Shown here: positions 56,814 through 64,000 of the stretch, piece after piece
Position numbering within the stretch: position 1 is the stretch's first letter
Layout: the number at the start of each line of letters is the position of its first letter
From: a virus
Direction: 5' to 3' (one strand)
Virus record (IMG/VR): IMGVR_UViG_3300030329_006034
Location: 29,793-93,792 of that record
DNA length: 64,000 nt
The notes under the pieces: model-generated
What the model was told of the DNA's origin: nothing
Databases searched by the model: none
Seen by the model: only the letters and a program-made list of their open reading frames with translations
Translations under genes and position numbers: made by a program

Positions 56814-58301
56814 ATGTCAAAAAAGAAAGACTGGATATCATTAGGTGAAGCATACGGCGATGTGCTTAACAAAGTTGTAATAAATGAGGAGGTGCCAGCT
56901 GGTGAAGTTGGTGAAGCACCTCTAGAGTCAGGCGGCCCGGAAGAGAGAGGAGGTTTTAGACCGTCACAGATTGATATTACTAGAATGTCCGAAAAAGATA
57001 AAGAGGATAATATCTACAATATAAAGGGGTATACATATGGGGACGGTAATAACCCGGGTAATACTAACCAGCCAGATCCAACAGGTCCAGAGTTTGATCA
57101 GGTACCTTATTCTGGTATAGTTGGTCCTGAAGAGGATGAAGAGACATTGAGTACATTTGATACTGAGCTTTTAAGAGGTGTTAAGGGATACAAAAGTACA
57201 GCAGGTAGAGCATTATTAGAAAGAGCTCAACGAGAAGTACAAAAACAGGGATATCTTTCTCATGACACAAGACAAGCTTTAGCTGGAGATGTCTACGAGG
57301 AAGATGAAGAACAAGCTGTTGTTTGGAATGAAGGGATTTTAAAAACCTTGCTTGATCTATTCACTAAAGCTGGAGCGAAATTTGTTTCCAGACCAGTAAA
57401 GGGCGCTAAAGACGGATCTCGCGAGTTCAGCAAATGGCGCACCGCCGGCTCTGTCGGCGTCCCCGCCACAAAAGGTGCAATAGAAGGTTTCGGGAAGGAA
57501 ACGGGGGAAGCCTTTCACCAGGGATACGAAGATAAGCGCAACAAGCCCAAAGGTTCCGGTGTGGGTGCCGAAGCGGGGAGAAAAGCCGGCTCGAAAAAGG
57601 CGGAGCAAGAAGAAAATAACGAATACGAGGCAGATTGGAGTAAACTAGTTCCACCAGCGGCCTTTACCGGCGGTTACTTATTAGGACGTAAAAATAAAAA
57701 GAAGAAAAAGAAGGGGGAAAACGAAGAAGATGAAGAAATTTTGGCAGAACACGAGAAAATTGCACGCTCTGGCCTAAATAATTTTATGAGCAAGTCCGTA
57801 TTTGATAAACTTTATAATAAGGTAATGGTAACCGAAAATTTCGACGAGGTCGAAGATGTTTCAGAACTTGAAGCTCTTGGAATTGATAAAGAAGAAGTAA
57901 TCGATGAAGTTCCAGAAGAGATCACAGTTTCCATTCCCGGTGAATTAGCACAATCACTTTGTGATATCTTACAAACAGCTTTAGCACAACAGGAAGTCGA
58001 AGTTGACGTCGACGTTGATGTTGAAGAAGTAACTGATACAGAGTTTGAAGAGGATGAGGAAGCCGCAATGAAAGACGGTGGAGGCTACGGCATTGATGCT
58101 GGATCAACTCTTAAAAGTGAAGTAAATTACGGTAAAGGCGGGAAAAACAAAGTCGGTAAGCTTAGACCTGCTACCGGTCTTGCCCAAAAAGATGGAGGCG
58201 GTTACGGTGTTGATGCTGGATCTACTCTTGGTGGAGAAGTTAACTACGGTAAAAAGAACAAAGTAGGTAATACTAAGCTTGGATCTATACCCGGCGCGTA
58301 A
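56814..58301 (+). CDS. Low-complexity late protein punctuated by EEDEE motifs (probable internal head/core polyprotein)
   Basis: TAAATA-N5-ATG at 56814; four EEDEE motifs; C-terminal duplicated KDGGGYGxDAGSTL unit. Confidence 0.75.
   Translation: MSKKKDWISLGEAYGDVLNKVVINEEVPAGEVGEAPLESGGPEERGGFRPSQIDITRMSEKDKEDNIYNIKGYTYGDGNNPGNTNQPDPTGPEFDQVPYSGIVGPEEDEETLSTFDTELLRGVKGYKSTAGRALLERAQREVQKQGYLSHDTRQALAGDVYEEDEEQAVVWNEGILKTLLDLFTKAGAKFVSRPVKGAKDGSREFSKWRTAGSVGVPATKGAIEGFGKETGEAFHQGYEDKRNKPKGSGVGAEAGRKAGSKKAEQEENNEYEADWSKLVPPAAFTGGYLLGRKNKKKKKKGENEEDEEILAEHEKIARSGLNNFMSKSVFDKLYNKVMVTENFDEVEDVSELEALGIDKEEVIDEVPEEITVSIPGELAQSLCDILQTALAQQEVEVDVDVDVEEVTDTEFEEDEEAAMKDGGGYGIDAGSTLKSEVNYGKGGKNKVGKLRPATGLAQKDGGGYGVDAGSTLGGEVNYGKKNKVGNTKLGSIPGA
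57786..58301 (+). CDS. Nested in-frame gene (MSKSVFDKLY...) with its own late promoter
   Basis: TAAATA (57775-57780)-ATTTT-ATG, identical to the element before gp18 and the 9610 gene. Confidence 0.6.
   Translation: MSKSVFDKLYNKVMVTENFDEVEDVSELEALGIDKEEVIDEVPEEITVSIPGELAQSLCDILQTALAQQEVEVDVDVDVEEVTDTEFEEDEEAAMKDGGGYGIDAGSTLKSEVNYGKGGKNKVGKLRPATGLAQKDGGGYGVDAGSTLGGEVNYGKKNKVGNTKLGSIPGA
58071..58271 (+). repeat. Coding duplication KDGGGYG[IV]DAGSTLxxEVNYGK..NKVG x2
   Basis: Two copies 39 codons apart with synonymous divergence. Confidence 0.85.
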
Positions 58302-58323
58302 ATCGCTCAAATATTAACAAATT

Positions 58324-58361
58324 AAAAAGAGCCCGTTGAGTACACCTCTTCGGGCTTTTTT
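58324..58361 (+). terminator. Intrinsic terminator (possibly bidirectional)
   Basis: aaaaagAGCCCG-ttgagtacacctctt-CGGGCTttttt. Confidence 0.8.
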
Positions 58362-58374
58362 AATAAATATAAGT

Positions 58375-59415
58375 GTGAAGTTCTACAACAAAACTCTAAA
58401 TGAAAAGTTTTGGTCTGAAGATAATAAATTTGACCCGGCCATTAGAGAGAAGCTGTTGTCTATAACTGAAGATTTCCTTGATAAATTAGATTTAGAGAAT
58501 GTAACTGTTCATGATATTACCCTTACTGGTAGCAACAGTAATTACAACTACAATGATTATTCTGATTTAGATGTACATGTCCTTATTGACTATAAAGATA
58601 TTAATAAAGATGAAGCATTAGTTAAAAAAGCATTAGACGGTCAGCGTTTCATGTGGAATCTCAGACACAATATTAATCTAAGAGGCCATGATGTTGAAAT
58701 GTATATGCAGGATAAAGATGAGCCGCATATTGCTTCAGGCCTCTATTCATTATTAAATGACGCGTGGTTAGTAGAGCCTACATATGACCCCCCTTCTATC
58801 GATGAAAGGGACGTTTATAAAAAAGCCGACACAATAAAGGACGATGTTAGAATTCTACAAGAAAAAGTAGCAGAAGTAAAAGGCGAGTCTGCTAAAGATT
58901 TACACGACAAAGCTGAGCGCTTAAAGCAAAAAATATCAAAGATGCGAAAGCGTGGATTAGCTAGAGAAGGTGAATTCAGTGTAGAGAATTTAGCTTTTAA
59001 GATTTTACGAAATTCTGAAGTTATAGGTGATCTCATTGACATTATAGCTAATTCATACGACAAAATATATATGGAAAACTTTAAAACATATTTCGAATAC
59101 TACCAGGGTAACCCTATTATGAACCCGTTAATGCGAACAGGTAAAAATGTTAATAGGGTCGGCTTATCCAAAAAGCATCTAAACACAGTACCTAGGCAGC
59201 ACAACCATGCATGTCCTCATGTTAAAAATTTAATCAACGGTGGCGCACAACAAATTAAGTTAGTGGGAGGGCCCCTACATAATACATTAAGTATATATAG
59301 CGTAGATTATACACCAGGCGCAGTAAAGACATTAGGTAATTCTGGTGTAGAAGTTGAAATGTTTGAAGATGGAGAAGGAAACCATTGTGGAATGTTAAAA
59401 AAGAAAGAAGCGTAA
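58375..59415 (+). CDS. Pol-beta superfamily nucleotidyltransferase with C-terminal extension
   Basis: LTGSNSNYNY..YSDLDVH, VEMY, GLYSL, GEFSVENLAFK; start re-called to GTG (TAAATA-N5). Confidence 0.8.
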   Translation: MKFYNKTLNEKFWSEDNKFDPAIREKLLSITEDFLDKLDLENVTVHDITLTGSNSNYNYNDYSDLDVHVLIDYKDINKDEALVKKALDGQRFMWNLRHNINLRGHDVEMYMQDKDEPHIASGLYSLLNDAWLVEPTYDPPSIDERDVYKKADTIKDDVRILQEKVAEVKGESAKDLHDKAERLKQKISKMRKRGLAREGEFSVENLAFKILRNSEVIGDLIDIIANSYDKIYMENFKTYFEYYQGNPIMNPLMRTGKNVNRVGLSKKHLNTVPRQHNHACPHVKNLINGGAQQIKLVGGPLHNTLSIYSVDYTPGAVKTLGNSGVEVEMFEDGEGNHCGMLKKKEA

Positions 59416-60228
59416 ATGTCTGTATGCAATCAAAATAGAATTAACTGCAAACCGGATGAGGTGCTAGCTGCTACTGCTATACCTGCATGCGGTAAATTTG
59501 TTAATCCTTCTAACTTGCAAGCAGAACAATTAGTATATGATCAAGCGTTTAACGACCTTATAAACAATTATGGTATACCAATAGATTATTATATTAATAC
59601 ATTTAATTTATCTGCTGCTGATCTTCTTTATGGTACTGATTGGGGAGGATCTGATAACGATTTTGGTCAGTTTAAAGGAGCTCTTCAAATGCAGATGTAC
59701 GTAGAGCTTTCAGATGATGCAATACAGCTGTCAAAATTTGGATTTGATCCCGGGGATGAATTTACAGGGTTTGTACATATAAGTACATTCCACACCGCAG
59801 CTTCTGCCTACTTTAACTATTCTGATGTCGGGCAGTCTATAGAGCCCAAGGCGGGTGATGTAATAAGCATGCAAGTGTTAGGGTGTGACAGACCAAATGG
59901 ACGTGGTACGGTAATGTATCAAATAACTGAAAGGATGGAGCAAGACATGTCTGCACTTAACCCAATTCTCGGTCACTATGTATATAGGTTGAGAGGTAAG
60001 CGATTTGACTACTCCTTTCAGAGTGGACTGTGTAGTGAGCCGGTTAACGAGCAAATTTACGACAACTCCTTTAGTGGTGTTCTGTCTACCACTCTTACAG
60101 ATCAAGTTACGTCAGATGGTAAGACGTATCCCAATCCGGACGACCCGTATAATATTGATGATGTATCAAAAGATCAAGTAATGGATATGGATGTCAACGA
60201 TACAGATATCTACGGCTCGTACTATTAA
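59416..60228 (+). CDS. gp14: Neck protein (gp14-like)
   Basis: EQ...LINNYG..YY, LSKFG...DE, PKAGDVI. Confidence 0.7.
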   Translation: MSVCNQNRINCKPDEVLAATAIPACGKFVNPSNLQAEQLVYDQAFNDLINNYGIPIDYYINTFNLSAADLLYGTDWGGSDNDFGQFKGALQMQMYVELSDDAIQLSKFGFDPGDEFTGFVHISTFHTAASAYFNYSDVGQSIEPKAGDVISMQVLGCDRPNGRGTVMYQITERMEQDMSALNPILGHYVYRLRGKRFDYSFQSGLCSEPVNEQIYDNSFSGVLSTTLTDQVTSDGKTYPNPDDPYNIDDVSKDQVMDMDVNDTDIYGSYY

Positions 60229-61121
60229 TCTAACACGCTATTAACTATTGCGTCGGCGTCATGGAAGTCGTCTAACTTGCTATAGGGGCATTGGTGTATG
60301 ACTCCTGTAAAATCATAATCATACAAATAAGAATCAATAGTACCTTGCGGAAATTCTTTTTTTGTAGTAATATTATTATGAATATTATAACCAAACATAT
60401 CCGGGTGGGTAGCTACCCACGCAACGGTCGCTGGTAAGTTTAAAGCTGCGGCGGCGTGTTGTAGTGATGAATCTATTACAATTCTTTTGTCAGAATGAGC
60501 TACCATACTAAACAACGCTTTCTTTCCAATCATCGCATCAAAGCGATGTACATTATTTAAACGTGGATGAAACTCATAACATACATGAACTATATCAAAC
60601 TTATCTGATAATTTATCTACTATTTCTTGCGCTTGCGTCGGGTGTATGTCTCTAGTCCAGGCATACGGGTGTTGCTGCTGCTCAGGTCCTGGACCTCCAA
60701 AAGGCTGAAATAACAGTACTGGTTTTTCACCAGTCCTAAACTGCGATATGTAAGCGCTACCCTCTTCAACTTCTCTTATGTTAAAATCTAGTTTTGGAAC
60801 GGCGCCATTATATTTTACACCAATCATATCACACCATGTTTCTATCAAGTGTTTCTTTTTAGTAATGTGTGATGTCTGCTTGTATGGATCTTGCATATAC
60901 ACCTCAACGTCTTTGCCTTTAATTACATCTTGATAGAAATACGGTGTGTTACCTATTCTATAAAATCTTGCAATATTGGAATTTTTTGTCCACACGTCAG
61001 GCCAAGCCGAGACTACAATAATATTACGTTTCGGAAAAGCTAACTTATATGTTTCTATAACAGCAGTTGCTGCTATATTCTTTCCAATACCTCCCTCGAT
61101 GTGGAAAACAGTTGTTGCCAT
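60225..61121 (-). CDS. GT-B glycosyltransferase (GT9 heptosyltransferase-like)
   Basis: EGGIGKNIAAT, HLIETWC, LFQPFGG, IDSSLQHAAAAL. Confidence 0.75.
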   Translation of the reverse strand: MATTVFHIEGGIGKNIAATAVIETYKLAFPKRNIIVVSAWPDVWTKNSNIARFYRIGNTPYFYQDVIKGKDVEVYMQDPYKQTSHITKKKHLIETWCDMIGVKYNGAVPKLDFNIREVEEGSAYISQFRTGEKPVLLFQPFGGPGPEQQQHPYAWTRDIHPTQAQEIVDKLSDKFDIVHVCYEFHPRLNNVHRFDAMIGKKALFSMVAHSDKRIVIDSSLQHAAAALNLPATVAWVATHPDMFGYNIHNNITTKKEFPQGTIDSYLYDYDFTGVIHQCPYSKLDDFHDADAIVNSVLD

Positions 61122-61155
61122 ACGTTATATATATACGTGAATTGTTTTATTACAA

Positions 61156-62817
61156 CTACCCTACGGAGATTTTAAGATCAGTACCGTCTCTCCATACAAC
61201 CCCTGCTAAGCTTGGGTCTGATGTTGGCAGAGCACCAGCGCTGAGATATAAGCATTTAGCGTGGAGCATATCGGTACCAACAGAAGCTATATCGGATCCA
61301 ACTATAGCAGCTCTATCATGCGTAACGCAATTGCTACAGCCTCCGGCAATGATTGCATTGTTAGCACAAACGTGGTTTTTAATACCACCGGCGATGACAC
61401 CATGCGCGGCGTTACAGCATGCAATTCTGTTACAGCAACCACCGCCAATAAACCCATACGTCATAGAAGAACCTAAAATGCAGTTTGATAGACCTCCTAC
61501 AACAGTACTAAAGCATGTACTATCAGCAACACAGTTAGATCCACCGCCGCCTATAAAGTTGTTACCGCACCCAGATGTAACATTACGACTACCGCCTGCA
61601 ATAGTATCTTCAGTACCACAAACGCTGTTGGTGTATCCGCCACCTATAAACGAATATTCTCCTGCTGCTAGGTTAATTTGACCACCAGCAACAGCCGTAT
61701 AATTGCTACATGCTTTGTTAGCTGTGCCACCACCAATAAAGCCTACAACTGCGCTTCCGTATATGCAATTGTTTATACCGCCTACAATAGAGCTACTCTC
61801 TGATCCGGAGGCAATGGTATTTGTTCCTCCTGCTCCGATAAAAGAACTTAATCCGTCGACAGTGTTACTTACGCCCGCTGCTGCAGCACTTGCATCCCCA
61901 CCAACCACTGAACTACAACCACCGCCAATAAATGCATGATTACCGCATACAAGATGTCCCTGGCCACCAACCACGGCACTACCCGTGCCACATGCACAGT
62001 TTGTGTTACCTCCTACAACCACTGAACTAAGACCAGATGCGATGTTACTATGCCCACCTCCTATGAAGGTCGCAGTATTTATTGCTTTATTGCAACCTCC
62101 ACCAGCAATTGTAGAGCGAATGCCTCCAGATATATTAAAACTACCTCCGCCTATAGTAGCGCCATCTTTAGTTGTACAGCTACTAAGCCCGCCTCCTATT
62201 GTTGTAAATGACCCTATTGCACTTAATTGACAGCCGCCAGCAACAGTTGAATAATCTCCATCCGCTACGTTTAAGCGCCCGGCTCCTACACCGCCTTGGA
62301 GACCGGATACCTGATTAAGGCACCCTCCGCCTACAGTACCACCGACGCATGTGTCAACTCTATTGTCTTGACCGCCTCCTATAGTAGTAGAATTAGATTC
62401 GGCAACGTTAGTACACCCTCCGCCTATAGTTACGCAATTGCTACCGGTTCTGTTGTTGTTTCCACCGCCAATTGTTGAATAAGAACCGCCAATACAATGA
62501 GATGCTCCACCACCGACAGATCCAAGGGTAGGTGTGCTAGTTACAATACTATTTCCAACTATAAGATTACCTCTCCCGCTTATTGCCCCATTAACAGTCA
62601 AACCCGCGAGCATGGTTTGGTCGCATCCAAAATAATTATTTTTTAATCGTGCTGCTAGTATACTCGCGCCGTCAGTATCTTCAGCTCCAGAAAGATAAGT
62701 TATAATGGATGATAATGATGCTTGTGAAGTACCGAGACTATCAACTAGAGCTACCACCTCGTCACCTTGAAATGGTGGTCCCGGTCCAACAGGGAGCTGA
62801 GAAATTTTTACTGCCAT
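61156..62817 (-). CDS. Gly/Ser/Cys-rich beta-helical (YadA-head-like) fibre/adhesin
   Basis: Many ~14-aa [ST]xIGGGxxN repeats; N-terminal KISQLP; C-terminal LPTSDP..G.VW. Confidence 0.8.
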   Translation of the reverse strand: MAVKISQLPVGPGPPFQGDEVVALVDSLGTSQASLSSIITYLSGAEDTDGASILAARLKNNYFGCDQTMLAGLTVNGAISGRGNLIVGNSIVTSTPTLGSVGGGASHCIGGSYSTIGGGNNNRTGSNCVTIGGGCTNVAESNSTTIGGGQDNRVDTCVGGTVGGGCLNQVSGLQGGVGAGRLNVADGDYSTVAGGCQLSAIGSFTTIGGGLSSCTTKDGATIGGGSFNISGGIRSTIAGGGCNKAINTATFIGGGHSNIASGLSSVVVGGNTNCACGTGSAVVGGQGHLVCGNHAFIGGGCSSVVGGDASAAAAGVSNTVDGLSSFIGAGGTNTIASGSESSSIVGGINNCIYGSAVVGFIGGGTANKACSNYTAVAGGQINLAAGEYSFIGGGYTNSVCGTEDTIAGGSRNVTSGCGNNFIGGGGSNCVADSTCFSTVVGGLSNCILGSSMTYGFIGGGCCNRIACCNAAHGVIAGGIKNHVCANNAIIAGGCSNCVTHDRAAIVGSDIASVGTDMLHAKCLYLSAGALPTSDPSLAGVVWRDGTDLKISVG

Positions 62818-62829
62818 ACTTATATTTAT

Positions 62830-63069
62830 TTACTTCGGCGCTTTTAGCCTGCAACAAACAGCAATTACTACTGCTAGTACACCAGATAAAAGTAAATGTT
62901 TCTTAAATCCATCAACAGATGTGCAGAGTCCATTAAAGTCGACAGCTTTACTTCCCCCATTTTGAATAGCGTCTAATGATAGTTTCATTTCTTCAGCACA
63001 AGTATAACCTCTAATAACAAAAGCCAATATAATAGCTGACAGGATATATACTAGATACCTAGGTTTCAT
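62830..63069 (-). CDS. Small two-TM membrane protein (lysis accessory?)
   Basis: Two hydrophobic segments; ATGA overlap with the holin-like gene. Confidence 0.6.
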   Translation of the reverse strand: MKPRYLVYILSAIILAFVIRGYTCAEEMKLSLDAIQNGGSKAVDFNGLCTSVDGFKKHLLLSGVLAVVIAVCCRLKAPK

Positions 63070-63383
63070 TTTTTAAGTACCTTTTCGGGGTTGTCTGCGA
63101 ATTTTTTTCCTAGTTTGACGATACCGGCTATTACCTCCGGAGATATCACACCAATAATACCGTAAGTAACAGCTTTATATAAAGACGATATTTCAGTTTG
63201 CTCTAATATAAACCACGCAATTCCAGCGGATAAGCCAGCTGTTAATATTTTTTTGAGTTGTTGCCACCACGTGTAATTATTTTCTCCGGAAAGCAGACGA
63301 GCAAGCATAGCGCCGGCGCCAATTAAAGGCACGACCCACCCTCCTTGGAGGAACTCTTTCAGTAAGGATTTTTCCGGCTCCAT
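63066..63383 (-). CDS. Putative holin
   Basis: Three hydrophobic segments, basic C-terminus, TATAAATA upstream; start re-called at MEPEK. Confidence 0.55.
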   Translation of the reverse strand: MEPEKSLLKEFLQGGWVVPLIGAGAMLARLLSGENNYTWWQQLKKILTAGLSAGIAWFILEQTEISSLYKAVTYGIIGVISPEVIAGIVKLGKKFADNPEKVLKK

Positions 63384-63472
63384 GTTTATATATTTATAGA
63401 AAAACTTACGTGGTTCCAAGGATATGTACATTTATTATTGATTTTATAATAATGTGTATATAATATTAAATA

Positions 63473-64000
63473 GTGAAAATACAGTTTGATGAAGCATCTC
63501 ATACCTACACTCATAAAGATACAAAAGAAAAGTTTATATCTGTAACCACTCTTCTTGGTAAATACAAACCACCGTTTGATTCTGATAAGCATGCTACGAG
63601 AGTTGCTAAAAGAGAAGGGGTACCAAAAGAGTTAGTGTTAGAGACGTGGGAAGAAGAAAAGAATAGAGCATGTGATAGAGGCACACGTATACATAAACTC
63701 CTGGAAGATTATATTGAATACGGTGAGGTAGAAGACACATATGGTTGGTTGTATAAAACTTATGATAAGGTAGCAGAGCGCACCATAGACCCATTTGAAT
63801 CTGTATTGTGTGAGAATCTATTATATAGTGAAGATTTTAAAATTGCCGGAACTGCTGATTTAATTTACGAACACAAGGGAGATGAATTTACTGTCGGTGA
63901 TTTTAAAACAAATAAAAGGTTTAGGTTTAGTTCTCTCTATAAAGAGAAAATGCATTTTCCTGTTGATCATTTTGATTATTGTGAGTTTAATATGTATGCT
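63473..64000 (+). CDS. PD-(D/E)xK exonuclease (RecB/Cas4-like), 3' partial; not in the ORF track
   Basis: Hand translation: MKIQFDEASHTY...ISVTTLL...RGTRIHKLLE...CE...IAGTADLI...VGDFKTN. Confidence 0.85.
   Translation, partial: MKIQFDEASHTYTHKDTKEKFISVTTLLGKYKPPFDSDKHATRVAKREGVPKELVLETWEEEKNRACDRGTRIHKLLEDYIEYGEVEDTYGWLYKTYDKVAERTIDPFESVLCENLLYSEDFKIAGTADLIYEHKGDEFTVGDFKTNKRFRFSSLYKEKMHFPVDHFDYCEFNMYA

Noticed and set aside
56782-56853. ORF-track N-terminal extensions (56853, 56793, 58336, 63431, 50708, 44728, 46182, 23228, 7238)
   Set aside because: They run through promoters, terminators or neighbouring genes; downstream starts fit the TAAATA-N5 rule or stop/start coupling.
61067-62478. 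Pro-rich plus-strand ORFs
   Set aside because: They are antisense shadows of the Gly repeats in the fibre gene.
63473-64000. Cas4 / CRISPR-associated gene
   Set aside because: No array or other cas genes, and no clear Fe-S cysteine set in the visible part; stand-alone PD-(D/E)xK nucleases are common in phages.
1-64000. Stop-codon reassignment, inteins, introns, tRNAs
   Set aside because: Core genes are full length in the standard code with normal sizes, and intergenic gaps are almost all too short for tRNAs.

Overview
This window is a 64-kb piece of a large, AT-rich, T4-like myovirus genome. It is densely coding in the standard genetic code, and I see no tRNA, CRISPR array, integrase or transposase. 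1-9.2 kb (+) is a replication module: GATase-II, a glycosyltransferase, gp41 helicase, a degenerate DHH protein, gp59-like, gp32, gp45, RNase H and primase. 10.5-21.9 kb is an accessory glycan island: an FkbM methyltransferase bounded by 35-bp direct repeats, a translationally coupled four-gene glycosylation operon, and a 2058-aa Thr/Ser- and Cys-rich modular protein with a trypsin-like protease domain. 21.9-55 kb (mostly -) holds tail fibres, baseplate, tube and sheath, interrupted by gp44, dUTPase and a probable gp16. 55-64 kb holds gp17, an EEDEE-punctuated probable head protein with a nested in-frame gene, a nucleotidyltransferase, gp14, a GT9-like/adhesin pair, holin-like genes and a partial PD-(D/E)xK nuclease. 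The best candidate for a new system is phage-encoded mucin-type O-glycosylation of the virion. A GT with ppGalNAc-T-like motifs, a Maf/GT42-like protein, a GT29 and a four-domain tailoring enzyme lie directly behind a mucin-like acceptor, and an LS[A/G] motif is enriched in structural proteins. Many genes also carry a TAAATA or TATAAT box 5-7 nt before the start codon with no Shine-Dalgarno sequence, which suggests leaderless expression. All family calls come from motif recognition by eye; no searches were run.
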